Below, piece after piece: positions 23,001 to 36,429 of a DNA stretch of 64,000 bases; positions within the stretch are counted from its first letter, which is position 1; the number at the start of each line of letters is the position of its first letter. The position numbers were made by a program, and so were the translations under genes. This DNA is from Penicillus capitatus (Eukaryota > Plantae > Chlorophyta): the NCBI GenBank assembly GCA_965649825.1, contig OZ287695.1:1787288-1851287 (forward strand). Direction: 5' to 3'. Under the pieces are notes generated by a model. It saw only the letters and a list, made by a program, of their open reading frames with translations, was not told the DNA's origin and did no database searches.

Positions 23001-23932
23001 ACTGAAACTACGGCTGCTCAGCCGGCTGGTTGCCGCAAAAGGCCGGCCGTTCCGATCTGCCTTCCATGTTCGAGGGAGTTAGCGTCGCCGACAACTCCTG
23101 AACCGATTCGCGTTACACCGACGCAAGGCACTCTCCCGACGGCGTTCGCCAGAGAAGTGTCCGAAACAGACAGCCGAAATGACGTAGAGTCCTTACCGCT
23201 TGTGCGATAAAAAAACGCGTTCCTCTTCGCTTTGCTCAGGCAATGCCGAGCCGACTCGAACGGTTCGTCGTTCGGAGAATCGCGGTAGAACGGCTGTGAA
23301 AAACGCATGCGAGTACACCTAGAGAAGAGCATTCCGACAAACTGTAGATAGCCTTTCCTGTAAAAGACATCACAGAGCTTACAAACAAGCCCTCGCATCC
23401 GCGTGGCGCAGCGCGACGACAGTACTCTGCGTTTCTAGCCGTCCGGCGGCGATTCCTTTGTTAGTTGGCGCATGGAGTGCTCCTCCAACGGCATAGATGG
23501 TCCCGCGTCTCTTAGCCGTTGTGCTGTAACTAAGACAGTTCTGTGGTGAGAACTTCGCGCTTTTGCGTTCTGAAAACCGCCGTCGCTTTTTCTGCAAACG
23601 CTGCTCTTCAAGATGCCGAACGGAAGAACGCTTTCGGAGGAAGACTACACTCTCCCTGGGAAGCAGTAAGTACTGCAGAACCATCTGCCGATAGTTCGTT
23701 CTGCGAGTAGCTATTTCTCCGTAGTCACTTTTCCTACACATGCAATCGCGCAACTCCGACATGTCAGTGTGCTCGCTCTGCGAAACACGACTGTCGCTTC
23801 TGCTTTTGCGTTGTATCTCTTCTTTCGTGTCTTTGGATTCTCGGCCCTTGCATCCTCATCCTTACCTCCTCTCCATCACAACGTACATTACTGCAGACAC
23901 TAACTAGAAATGTGGTCTGCAGATTTTCAGAG

Positions 23933-24496
23933 ATGACATTGGCAGACGTGATGGGGAGACGGCCTCCTCAGGCCTTCAGAGGGATGCCTCCGGCTGAAAG
24001 GATGGCACTGTTTTGCGCCCTTAAGGCTCAATCAGGGGGACATGTGGAGGGACATCCGCCACAGCAGCCTCCGGCGTGTTCTCATCCGCCACAGCAGCCT
24101 CCGGCGTGTTCTCATCCGCCACAGCAGCCTCCGGCGTTCGCCTCAATGGAGTGGTCCCCCTGTCCCTCTGTGCAGCAGACCGTATCTCATCCCTCCCCGC
24201 AGAACAACAAGTCTCCTCTTTTTCCCCCTCGTCCTCAACAATTCTGCATCCCTGCCAACCCCTCACCTATCCCGCCCCGCATTTTCCAATTCTCCATCCC
24301 ATGTAACCCTCCACCTTTCCCATCCCGTCCCCATACCTTCTCCATTAACTGCTCACCCTTCCCACACCGACCACATCTCTTTTCCATTCCCCATGATCAA
24401 CCTCGCATTCAACCCCGCCCAGAGTTCTACTCCATTCCTTCCTCCGGCAATCCACCTATCCCGCCTCGGGTATTCGTCTACTGCATTCCGGTTTGA
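23933..24496 (+). CDS. Pro-rich protein with PPIPPR-type repeats (copy B)
   Basis: Open frame MTLADVMGRRPPQAF...AQSG, (HPPQQPPACS)x3, then FPPRPQQFCIP / PIPPRIFQFSIP / PFPSRPHTFSI / PIPPRVFVYCIPV*. Confidence 0.6.
   Translation: MTLADVMGRRPPQAFRGMPPAERMALFCALKAQSGGHVEGHPPQQPPACSHPPQQPPACSHPPQQPPAFASMEWSPCPSVQQTVSHPSPQNNKSPLFPPRPQQFCIPANPSPIPPRIFQFSIPCNPPPFPSRPHTFSINCSPFPHRPHLFSIPHDQPRIQPRPEFYSIPSSGNPPIPPRVFVYCIPV
24053..24137 (+). repeat. 30-bp tandem repeat (about 2.8 units) inside ORF B
   Basis: catccgccacagcagcctccggcgtgttct repeated without spacers. Confidence 0.95.
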
Positions 24497-24499
24497 GCT

Positions 24500-27400
24500 C
24501 GGTGAGTGGTAGGTTTTTCACTTTGTCATTTTTTTAATTTTCTCGTTGGTCTAGGTTGTTGGCTGAGCGTTTTTTGGTTTTCCTCTTGTCTGCGAAAAAT
24601 TAAAAAAATAAAAAGTTCTCTTCTCGCACACCTCACTTTTTCAACTGAGGTTTTTCAAGAAAAAAATAAAAAAATAAAAAAACATCTCACTTTTCTTTGC
24701 TGTCGTTAGTCTGCCTTCCACCCTCGCTTTGTTGTGGTTGGCGCTGTGTTTTGATGATTTGCTGTGAGACTGCTGTCGTTTAGCACACTTTTGCTGCTGT
24801 GTTCCTGATTTTCTTTGTCGTTTGAGTACCCAGTAAGTGAATAAACAGTGCAGCTGGCGAAGGCCTTTAGATGCATATACAACTCAATCTGGATGACCAC
24901 GATCCGCAAGGTCTCGTACTGCATGCTCTAATCTAGTGTTGGCTGTCTGATCAAACTATGGAGTTCTGCCGTGGAGAACTGCGAAATCCAATCGGAGATC
25001 AGAAGAAGACGGACGAAAGAGGCCTTTGAAGAGAGAGATAGATCAGGCAACCATTGTCCGTCGGAGCTTCACCTCGCTTTCATTTCACAGAGCATGCATG
25101 GAATTTGGAAATGCAGAGAAGCACCATCAAATACTTCCTGAGAGACTGGACCTGATTCTGTATTGCGCTTACAGAAGCAGTGAATCAACTTCGGCATGTG
25201 AGAAGTGTGACCAAGATGATACATCGACCTGCTACACCTTATGAGAAAAGAATGTCAAGCCTCACGCCTGGATGGAATCGAAGAGAGACGGATGATCTTA
25301 CATCACGAACCTCACTCTGGCACACACAGTTTACTGGCAAAGCGATGCCGAGCGCAGAATCATTCAACGCATCTTGAAAGTAAGAATTGCCATGCTTTCC
25401 AAGTGCTCATGTCAAAGCGTTCACAGATGGAACCAAGTGATAGAGGATTGCAAGGCATTTGTGATGAAGCACTCTTTACATCATCAATATTCTGTCAACC
25501 AAATACCTGGACCATGAAGGTAAAGGAGCATAGATCCCTAATCTGAAACAGCTTGACCATCATTTGCTTGTCCAGGATATGAAACGAAAACCGATCTGCC
25601 CCAAATGCGATTGAGATGGATTAGGAACAGACCGTCTCAACAGTTTGAAGAATCGGCACGATGCAAGGAAAAGTGCACTTCTGAGCCATTAAGCTCAGTC
25701 TCTTCGACGAGATGGACACTCGGCGCACTGCCTAAAAACTGCATCATCTATAGGAGTCATCCAGCAATCTGCCAAGAGGAAGCACTTCTTCAGCTGGAGG
25801 ATGTCCCAGACTAGGATGTGAGGTCAAAATGCACATGCAGGGAATTGTTGTCGGAATGGTCACCATCTTCGATGTAGCAGGCAAGGTCAGTAAAACAGCT
25901 TTCACTGCAAAATGCAGATTCGCAGGCTCTTGGGGGAGGGAGATTGTGACAGGAAGATGAAGTCTCTTTCCAGACAAGAGTCCGTAAAGCATTGGAGCTG
26001 GGCAAATCGAGGTTGTGGCTTTGCACGGCAAAGTCAAGAATCGTCTTTGGAAATTCACGATAATCTGAACCAATGGAGAGAAGCCGGTTCAATTCGTGTG
26101 TATCGGCCTGTGCAGACACAACCCGTCAGTGGACGGATGCACTCTCACGTTCGAGGTCAGACTTACTTGTGCTCATGATCCCTATGCGATTGCCATCTGC
26201 AGGCACAAGACGCATGCCTCCTGGTGGATATTGGTGGCCACGTTACTGGAAGGCGGACTATCACCGTCCAGTCAGATTGTCCCTCATCCAAGCCGCAGCA
26301 GGCTGTTGATACAATCACACCGTTTGGCGAACCCAGTGCTTCTTCACCCGCCATGCATCAGTTCGTACAAAGAAAAAGAGATGCCACCCCAGTGAAGCAG
26401 CCAGTGACTGGGATTGGTGCTGGACTGGAATTGCTGGGTCGATCGCATGTCGCTCTTCTTTCTTTTGGTGGCGGAGAGCGACAATCACCCCTAGAATGTT
26501 TCGGTCGGGTTAGTCTATTTTGCACCCTTTCACTGCTAGACACTCTCATTGTACATGCAGAGATGAGATGCAGTAATCTCTACCGAAGGAGCGTGTCCTG
26601 GACGACATTGACCCAGGAAGAAACAGAAAGAAGACAAACGAGGCCGACAGAGCAAGGAGGAATCAAGCAACACCTCTTCTTGTCAGAGCTTCTTCATGTG
26701 TCCGTGATGCGAAGCATGAGATTCCAGAATGCACAACAGCTCGATTATGAAGCAAGTGACAGATCCATGAGCTGACCGATATTACCCATCTGATCAGGGA
26801 TAGATGAGTAATACTCTGTCGAAGTTCACGTTGGATGCAATGAGAGATTGCAGGGAATGTGATGAAACCCGGTCTGCAGACTCCTCTCTCGTGCTCAAGT
26901 GTGCATTGCTGCCGATTCCACTGCTGTGACACTTTCTGTTAGGATGAGAGACGTAGAATCACTATTCGCTCGATGAATATTTGGACACTCGCCCACCTTC
27001 TGCAAAGGGGTTCAGGTGGGTGAGGTGTGGCCTGAAGTCGATCGACATCTCGGCCAGTCTATCTCACAGAACACGAGCATTTCAGAATGCCAGATAGGAG
27101 TGACAGCTGAGAGGAGAATTCAGTGCTTGAAGAGCGGATCATTCGACCATGCTCCGCTACGGAAGCTAATCTGAAGGTCACTTTGTATGTACCGATTCCA
27201 AGAAACTCTCTTCTGTACTGAGCATTTCGTTCTAGGAGTTGCCTCCTCTAAAAGACAGTTTAGAATAGCTTACCCCGAAGACAACGTCGGAGAAGATCAG
27301 TTCTGGAATTTGATTGACATACGCAGAGTTCGTTCATCTTTGTTCACTGAACGAATCCCGAGTTCACTTGTTGTTCTAGAACGGACACGATAAGGAGGTC

Positions 27401-30370
27401 GTATGATACCGACTCAGTTCAGCAGGAAGCGGGACTCCCTTCGAGTTGTAACTGGAATTTGGAGCTCGAACGTCGCTGCTGACGAATGAACTGCAAGGAA
27501 ATCGTCATTGCCGAGCACAGATGAGACGAAGAAGATTCATCGATGAGACATTGAAGAAAGAGTGTCAGGAGCCAATGTCTCGATGGTGACGGAGGAATGC
27601 AATTCTGGAGCTCGAATCCTGCTCCGGAGTACAAAACCCTCGCTGTCGTATCGATTAAGCAGAAAGTCGTCTATAAGATCTTCGCAGTGAGCCTCCCTCT
27701 GGTTTCTTAACAAGTGATGATCTAGTTGATGCAGAGATCGTTGCACAAAAGACGAAACAAGACTGTGGAATTGAAATGGAAGAGCAAGGCAAGGTGATGA
27801 GGTCCGACCGCCTGCCGTCTGGTCAGAACGGGACCTTGATCCTCTGGAAAGACAGAACGGTCCTTCCAGGGCGCAGCCGATAGCACCAGGGCCACAAGGC
27901 ATCCAGCCGTACTATCGAGTGTCGTCCTTCCAAAGCCAGTGGATGTTCTTTCAATGACATGGCGACTCAACACACTTCAGAGAACTGGATCACCTTCTCC
28001 AAGATGTCGAGTCCATCCAAGGCGGAAACTGTCCGTCTTCTGGTAGACGCTGCAGTTGTCCAGAAACCATTTTGTCGACCAAGACAAACGACATCAAAAT
28101 GAGGCCTGAAAACCACGTGCAGCGAAATCTTGTCCGAACAATCACATTCCTCCAACTGCAACCGAAGTATTGAGACGACTTCCTGCTATGGGTGATGTTC
28201 CATAGCCTTTTGAAGACGCAGACGCCTTCGAAGCGGTGGTAGAACTTCCATCCAGACAAGATGTCATCGAGAATCGGATAGTGGCGAATGTTGATGAAGC
28301 TCTGATGCACATCCATGAGAGGATTCTAGAATATCCGACTGCTCTGATCCAACAAGATAAGTTGACAGAGCCAAAATCATCCATTCATCGGTCCTTCCAA
28401 CGCCAACGGAGAAGCAGTGGGATTGCAGCTGGGGCACAGTGCTCGTGCGATTTTGTTCTGCCAGACAGCAGATGCATGGATGTCTGACGACTCAAGCATG
28501 TTGGAGCACGTGAAGCTGAAAGAATCGATGCATCGGGATCCAGCACATGCTTCTCCTCCAAGTGTCAGCATATTGTGGACGGAATCACGGTGCATAGCTG
28601 CAGGAGTTCGTTCTCCCCTGGTGGCTGTCGCCGGAAAGCGATATTAGTCAGTCTATCAGTCTGTCAAAGAAAGCTGTGAATGAGACTCAGATCTGGGCTA
28701 AATGGCGCAATCGACGACAACACATGTCCTCCCATCCGGAAAGCAGTAGCGTCCACTTGAAGGATGCATCAGACAGGTTAGTCCATCCTTGGACATTCTT
28801 TCCCCTGAGCTGTGTTGCAGTCCACGCCGATATGGGTCGCGTATAGCTAGTCCGCCGGTGACTTGTCTCACAGCAGACATGGCTTGAAGAAGAAAAAGCC
28901 CTGGAAGACTCACTCATCTCTGGATCTACCCTAACAAGCACCAAGACAGGAACTGCCACGAACTCTGGAGTGGTAGGAGACAGAAGTCACGAAAGACAAC
29001 CATCACCTGGAAGCCTGACGACAATTGCCACTGAGCATGACACGTTCTCTGTTGCCTCTCGGGCGAACTGTGGAGACCTGACCAGTCAAAATGGCTCCAT
29101 TCTCCGCTCCTGTCGACAGCACAGCCGTGAGAATTCTCGTGAAATCCATCAAGTAAGGATAAGATTACCCGGCACAGTTCTCGACGACATGTGCGATAAA
29201 AGATCTAGGATGGCATACAGGCGGGGCACCGAGAGGACCCAAGGTTTCCAGTCAGCAGTGGGCAGAGTGAAAAAGTATGAGTGACTCATCTCAAGGTCCA
29301 GTGCACCACACCTCTACACAACTGATGCATACCAGCACTTCTCCACCCCGAGGCAGCGGCGTCGCACTCCCTCGCGGCACCAGCGGGCAGGGCCTTGGCG
29401 ACCTGTCCGCCTTTCTCGGTCGCGCACATGAGGCCAGGCGGCTGTACGCTGTAGACGAAAGGGGCAAGTGTAACTCTCGGGCACCCAGGACCGAATTTCT
29501 TAACATCTCTTCTCCCTCCTGGGTGTCGTTTGTGTCTCCCCCTGCTTGCTTTTTGCTGTGTTTTCCTGTTTCTTGCTTTCTCCTTGTCTGTTGCTTACCT
29601 GTCTGCTTTGTGTCTTTCGTAATCGTCATTGTCTTCTCTTCTTATTATGATTTGCCTGTATGCACCCGTTCAACTGTGTTCGTTGTTTCCTTTTCTTTGT
29701 GTTAGCCCGTTTGCTTTTCAGATGTCAAGGTTTCGTGAGTTTACACCGAGTGTGATGCCTTCTCTTGTACATGTTGCTCTCCTTTTTCCTGTCGATGTCC
29801 ATTTAGGCACATGGTCTCTTTCCTTTGTCTGTCTCTTTACTGTTTCCATGTTGTTTTCTTCATTGCCTTTTACCGTTTTCCTGTTGTGTTTTCCCGGGTC
29901 TTTTTTTCCTTCTTTCATGTCGTGGGCCCTTTCCTGCATGTCCGAGCTGCGCGCCGCCTGATCGAGAGCCGCACAACTGCCTCCAAGTAGTCGATTATCG
30001 GCTGCATCTCGCTCTCCTCGCGCACCTTGATCGGACTGGTGCAGTGCTCGTTCAGGGTAACCTCCCGCGCCGCACTTCGAGGCGTCGCTTGCCGAACCGT
30101 AAGTGTCTTCTCTTTTATAAGAACTCACATCTTCTCATTCTTTTTTTGCAGACCATGTGGCGGGGTGGGCATCTTTTCCTTTATCGCCTTCACCTCTCAC
30201 TCTTTTCAATCGGAGATCACATTTCATGATGAGTGAGTGAATGGTATGGGCAAGAATGCCTTGAGCAGTTTGTATCTGCTAGTGTTTTCCTCGTGCATGC
30301 AAGTTGCGATTGATGGCAACAAGTCAAGTCGTCTTGCGACACGCTATTAATGCTGATGTCGCACGAAGAG
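24500..30370 (-). mobile_element. Degenerate DIRS-order retrotransposon, copy B
   Basis: RT YPILDDILSG, DVVCLG, LDGLD..LALEGR; YR-like LLRLG, VRVHPSTDG, HSFLIRCSRSMYHLG; colinear with copy C; many stops and frameshifts; boundaries approximate. Confidence 0.7.
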
Positions 30371-31530
30371 CTTTACTGTCCAGTATTTGCTAGTTCTGCA
30401 TTGCTTATCAACTTCTCTGACGTTGACGCGTGTGCTCGATGTGTCTAGCAGTGGTTAAGACGCTATACACGCTGTAGTTTCCTTAAATGTGCAACAGACA
30501 GAAATACGATTGACTCGCTATTGTCTTGTATAAGCTGCAGAGTAATGCAGCTGTGTTGATGGATTTAAAGCGAAGTCCAAAACCATCGAGTGTCGTCCTA
30601 ATTTGTCGCAGCAACAAAACCCGGGATGAGCTACCGCTTGCGATCACTGATCAAATGTTTAACTCACATCTAGAAGCTGTGTTGTGACATTACTGCCGTC
30701 TGGCAAATAGGCAGCTGGATGGTGAAGACTAGAAGGTCGAATGAGCTTGCTAGCAGTTACCCTAGAAGTCTTCCGTGAACACACGATGTGGTAATGATCG
30801 AGATGAGGAGCGGTACTGGATTTACGGCCAAGAGATCTTGAGCTTGCAGACAGAGTGTAAACTCGCGTGTTCTTCGCGCCAGACCTCGCCTGTCTGTGCA
30901 ACGACAACGTGAGCATCCAAGTGCATGCATTCACTAGAACAGCGAATCCCTGTTTATCGCGGTGGTATTACGCTCGTTCAACGACTATCTCTTCGATTCC
31001 AGTATTGCGGTGACAAAAAGCGCGACGTCTCTTATAGAATGAGTTTCTCGTTCGTTCACTCGACATGTTTCTCTGTCGCCGATTTTTCTCTGGCGACCAC
31101 CAACTCGGCACCGAGACGCGAATTGGACGAGTGCATCTAGCTTTTGTGCATCTCGCGGTTCAGAAAAACAGAAAGGTCTCTGCTGGCAACCGATGAAGGC
31201 GCAAACCAACGTTCAGTTGGCTATGATCGGAGGTGAGCTATGTGATGCGTTGACGTTTTCTCTTTCGTCCTCTCGTTAGGTGTGTCCTAAAAGAACTCGG
31301 CTTTCACAGACGCTCTTGCGTTGGACAACGACAAAGTCGTCGGCGTTGGGAAAGCTGTACAGTAATGATTGCAGAATCGCGGTATTGGAAGAGACCGAAC
31401 ATGAAGAGCGCATGCACAAGTCTGCGAGTTGTCTTTTGCACCTTCGACTTTACGGATCCGGTACAAAGCGAACAATATGCGATTTTAAACGAGTTTCCTC
31501 TGGTTTAGTGCAAAGAGACCGGTCGTCTTA

Positions 31531-32520
31531 ATGTGGTGTTCCCTCATGTCTCGTCGTCGGCTCCTCATGTGCGTGTTCTTGTCGATTGTTTCGGCGGCGC
31601 CTTGGCGCGGCGGAGCGACTCCACCTGAGAGAAGTCTAATGGCTCCTCTCTGTCCAGTTAGACGCATTAATGTATTTCTAGGAGCCCTCAGGTATGAACC
31701 GATGCAAGAAAGTCTACAGCAACATCCGGCGGAAGAGATCTGCTGCCGTCGACACCTCTCCTCTTCCTCTTCCTCTGTACGGATAACGACGCCGACTGGA
31801 CCCGAAGGCCTCGAAGGAGATGATTCGCATCACCAAGGTCAGTGGTGTTTCGAGGCGAATCGTCGTTAGTTGTTCCACAAGGGAACTACGAAAGGGCTTT
31901 TTGAAGCGAGAGGACGTCTAGGTGGAGTTTGTCGTCGAGTCGCAGGTTTCGTCGACGCCTCGTGAGCTACAGTGCGTCCTCGCGAGAAACGGCGTCGCAA
32001 AATGGTGAGAGGACAAATGCTTCGACACTTGTTTTGGAAGACCAGATTCGAGAGGAGGGTGAGTGAGTTCCTCCTCGACATTCAGGTAACAGCAACTTGA
32101 ATGACGAAACCCGAGACTCGGAACGCGGGTCATGGGGAGAAGCTAACGTGGCGGAAGATAGATAAACTGTCAGCTTCAAACTCCTGAGTCGTCGACAGAA
32201 TGCCGCCACTGACTGAAATCTCACAATTGAGCTGCGTTGAATGCCCCAAGAAGAGATTCGCTTTCACGGCGACCGACGTCCAGGCGGTGAACAAGTTCCA
32301 GTGTGCAGAATGGACAGAGGCAAATGGTCCTTGTGCAGCCGTCCACACGAGATTTAGGTACAGGCCAACTGAGAAAGCGACGGTACGTTGCTTGCCCGAC
32401 ATTCAGGATGCCGGCATCGGAGATCATATCTTTGCAGTCAGAGCCGTCGGGAACGCTGGCAATAGGGATGCTACTCCAGCGAATACAGTTGAAGTGATAG
32501 GGCCATTGTCTGAGATGTGA
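31531..32520 (+). pseudogene. Decayed copy of the Ig-repeat membrane protein gene
   Basis: Same signal peptide (MWCSLMSRRRLLMCVFLSIVSAAPW) and HIFAVRAVGNAGNRDATPA motif, but frameshifted and lacking a recognisable TM exon. Confidence 0.8.
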
Positions 32521-32804
32521 GAAATCTTCCATCGACCGTCGCGTTGTCATATGTTTACTGATTTTGGGCCGAAGACGATTTCAGAGACTCTGTGTCAGAT
32601 CAAATGGACAGAATGCGCTCATGATCGCATATAAAGGACCGGTTTACGGATCTCCATTGTAATCGTTGTCAGCGCGTCGATGTCTTGCGCGCACTTTCTA
32701 GTGATTTGACGGACGCCGTCTCAGCTCTGTGAAAGCTCGTTTTCTTTCGTTGTATAGTATCGAATATTACGTCTGCAAATTCCCTTTCTAAAAAGTCGTG
32801 GAGT

Positions 32805-33405
32805 ATGAGTGGCATCACCGTCTTTGAAAAAGAGGAACGAAGAAACTCCTCGCCATTCATCAGCACCAACCTCGTGAGGAAACCTTTGACGCTCTTCGTT
32901 GACAATGATGCTTCTCTAGGATGGATACGAAGACGAGACAATCAACTGGGCGCGTCGTTATTTCGCATACGCTTATTCGAACGGAGGAGGTCGTTTTCGC
33001 AATATTCTGAAAAACATCTTTACTCTTGGAATCGGCATCGGCCAGGACATTGGACATTCCTGGGTGGTCATTGACACCAACCGTGGTATTTATGCTGTTA
33101 TGTTTGGCGGAGACTTGTCTTGCCTGTCGGGATCGTCGTCCTCTTCCTCGAAATGCGGAAGTGGAAAAATTGAAATGAAACGTTTTAGAAGTCTACAAGA
33201 TTGTCACGATTTTGGGCTGGATTCTACCTATAAACGATCGGCTGGGGGTAAGGTCCATACTGAGTCATCTTGCTCTCCCCGGCGTACAGTTTATTTGAGG
33301 GAAGTCATCCCTTGGTTGAGATCATACGACGTTAACTATGGCCTCTTGACGAACAACTGCCATGATTTCGCGCGTTACTTGATGAACGAGTTTGATGATG
33401 TCTAA
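32805..33405 (+). CDS. Permuted papain-fold (PPPDE/LRAT-like, H...NC) putative thiol amidase or peptidase
   Basis: Exon 32805-32873, 46-nt GT-AG intron, exon 32920-33405 give an open ~184-aa frame with GHSWVVID and YGLLTNNCHDFARYL. Confidence 0.75.
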
Positions 33406-33899
33406 CACGATCAGAAGTTTTAAGTATGATTCCGTTTTTGCTGGGATGTCGCGGAGTAAAAGACACATGAGGATTTAGAGAAAACACAAAGAAATTTTAA
33501 GTAAGCACACGAAGGATTTATTCCTGATGCACAAAGAAGACGATTTAATATTACCTAGCCTGTTTCAGTGTTTCGCGGTTGTACCTAACCTTCTGCAGTG
33601 TTTCGCAAAGGCCGGGGGCGATATTCTCTCGGAGGATCTGTTAATGAGAAGGTCCAAATTTTCTGTTGAACATCGAGCTGAAAGGATCCTGTTTTTTGTT
33701 CGAACGGCATTGAGCAAAACACTCTTTTCTTTCTGATTATTGAAACATGCATGGCTTGTTCATGTGTGTAACCGAAAGCGTGAGTTGTGGGTGCGTCTAT
33801 TGCAGTTGAAAAAAATCATCGTTGTTCGCAGATGCGATCTCGGCGGAAACAACAGTCCTTCGACTCCAGGAAAGCATGGCGATGTCGTGAAACGGATGT

Positions 33900-36220
33900 G
33901 TCTGAGAACTTCGTTCTCCTGTTGTCATTCGTACTCCTGCATTGAATCTCGATTTTAGCCAAGAATGGGAAAAATGATCAAACTGGGAATGCACAGATTC
34001 CAAAACGCATTGAAGATTCCATTAGACGTTCTCTCGTCGAAATTCTAAAACAGTCCTGCTATCAATGATTCAATAACCACGCCGGAGATGGGAAAGCTGG
34101 ATATTGCCACACAAGCAGGCTTATTCGCTGAGTCAGTTGTCAACATGGATCTCTGACATGTCCTGAATGAGCGTTTAAGGGAGAAGAGACACGCCACCTT
34201 ATCTGTTCGGTTATCATGTCTGCGAAAGCGATGCCGCCATCGAGTGTTTGGATGGCAATCACGTATGAAGTATGGGATCTTGTTTCTGAATGGGTGGATT
34301 GGAACAGACCCATCGACAAGGTCTCCTATCGCTTCCCTTTGAAGCAAAAGGATCATCGTGAGTCCCATAAGGCGCATATCTTGGTCGTCCTTCAATCGTA
34401 TCTTTCATCTTCGTTAATGACAATGGTCGTGTCAAAGCGTAGACCAAGCCATTTCCTCGTTTTCTGTTTCAGTCGACGTAGATCTTGCTGAAGGCGTTGC
34501 ACTTCGGCCTTGGCTGCACGGAAGTGATGCAGTGGGTACAGTAAGGCATCTCTATACGAGCGACATCCGGCAGAGAGAAGACCAAAGGAACTGTGGTCAT
34601 TGTCGTCTCATGTTATGCAACATGTCTTGATGGATGGATGATGAGCCATTGTCTTTGGTGCTTCAGTGTCCTCCTGTCAAAGTAAAACCGTCAAACAAAA
34701 GAGTTCATATTTCTTGAAAAACATCGTCTAGGAAAGCACATATGTCGCGTCTGTTTTGAAGTAATGACAAAGCACAAATGAACTTTAGAAAATACGTCGC
34801 CGTCAGCGGCGGTAGAGTTGGAGATGGAATAATCTCCTCGAACAACATCATTCGTCAATGACCATTTTCTGCAGAGCTTTGGCCTTGGGCATCGGACATA
34901 AAAACAAAAAAAAACCAACAACAGACACATACCTGTAAGATCCAAAAGGATAAATAAAAAGAGCACCTACGTCGAAGCTCGATAGTATTTCAGTTTTACT
35001 GCTTTGTGCTCCGGCTTCGATTTTCTGAGTTCAATTGTAGTGGTTCTCTCCACTGATCCTTTCTACATGATTGCCTTACTTCTCCATCTTTCTTCTCGCG
35101 AATTCATCATGCACATTCTTTTTCCAATATATCTTTCTCAGCAAAAATCAATGAGGTCCAATCCATCCAAAGAAGGATCTCTGTTTTCATTGCACACAGT
35201 ACAGCAAGAATGGAAGCCATCAATTCACAACCAACTTGTTTGGAGGAATGTATATCCATCCACCCGACAGACAAAAACGCGTCCCCAAGCATGCTTCACA
35301 GTTTTCTGCATCTCCGGTCGATACTCCGTTGACTCCATCGTCGGTACAGCCCCTGCGCTATCCAGCTGCTTTGCCAAATCTCCGAGTTCTCCCGGCTTTC
35401 TGCTTCTTTCTGACAATTTAATATCTTTCTCGGATTCCTGTATTCCAACGAGTCTAATGCAGGCAACTGACTACCTCTATTGCATCAATGGGCACTTCTC
35501 CAAAGTCGTCGCGATTATCACAGTACTCAAGTTTCTTAAACATTTCAAATCTCTCTGAATGTCCCGAGTGGTCAAGTCAGTGTCCTCGTTGTGCACTCAA
35601 GAGATGCAGCGGTCTCTCTGTAAGAATGCTCCAAGCTTCAATGTCCAACGTGAAGTACACCATGAGCCTCTGTCGATTATTAAAGAGACGGGGAACTGGA
35701 ACGCCGAAGAACGGTGAAAACTCTCTGAACTGTTGACGATTCTATGATTGCACTCGATGGGGATTCTCTCTCCAATAGGGCACATCTCCCACCTGGCAGC
35801 CTCTTCTTCTGGACGGAGACCAATTATGATAATGCACGGACGGTCTTCAAGGGAGCTGCTACGAAGGCACCATGATCCAGTGAAAATCTGGTGTCGGTGA
35901 TTCCATGAGAAATGACTGATCTGAACATGTTTCCATCCACTGAGAGACAAGACTTCTCCATGCGGCGCAAGCAACGTTTACGCAGACGACTTTCGTCTTT
36001 TTCTTCATTGGCAAAACAAGATGTCGCTCGTCGCCTGCGCACGAAACAAACCTGGAGGTGTATGACACATTCGATGGTTCGGCGGACGGGGAGACAGCGA
36101 ATAAGCGGCCATTCGTCTGCACACGATGACATGAAATCGTCGTTCTTTCTCTGTCACTCACCTGTCTCGCAATCTGTTGATGTGACCAGTGTCATTCGCA
36201 GAAACCTCGGAATTCTTGCC
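33900..36220 (-). pseudogene. BTB-BACK (POB1-like) gene, apparently decayed
   Basis: GSWCLRSSSLEDRPCIIIIGLRPEEEAAR (BTB); later NSREERW and QPRPKCNAFSKIYVD echo POB1 LEERRE and PRPQCVVYLD; multiple stops, exon structure unresolved. Confidence 0.45.
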
Positions 36221-36429
36221 GGATTTCAGTTGGCGATCAATCTGAGTTGTAGAGAATGGCTTCATCAGCAAGAGGTAGGTGCGGAGCACGGGACCACTGA
36301 TGGCAGTGATCAGATTTGACAGTCTGTCAGCGTCTCTCGATTCAACAGGACCTCAATGCGGCGCTTGGGGATTTTCATGGATTACCTGAGTACCCATCGA
36401 CGCCATAGACAGTGAGAACTCCTCGTTTC

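Noticed and set aside
24053-24137. CRISPR-like 30-bp repeats
   Set aside because: Head-to-tail with no spacers, in frame within a coding region, eukaryotic context, no cas genes
25100-25260. Plavaka/CACTA-type transposase tail (PKLIH...GPV)
   Set aside because: The same segment reads better as a YR HSFxR...LG motif, and no DDE or CxC core was found
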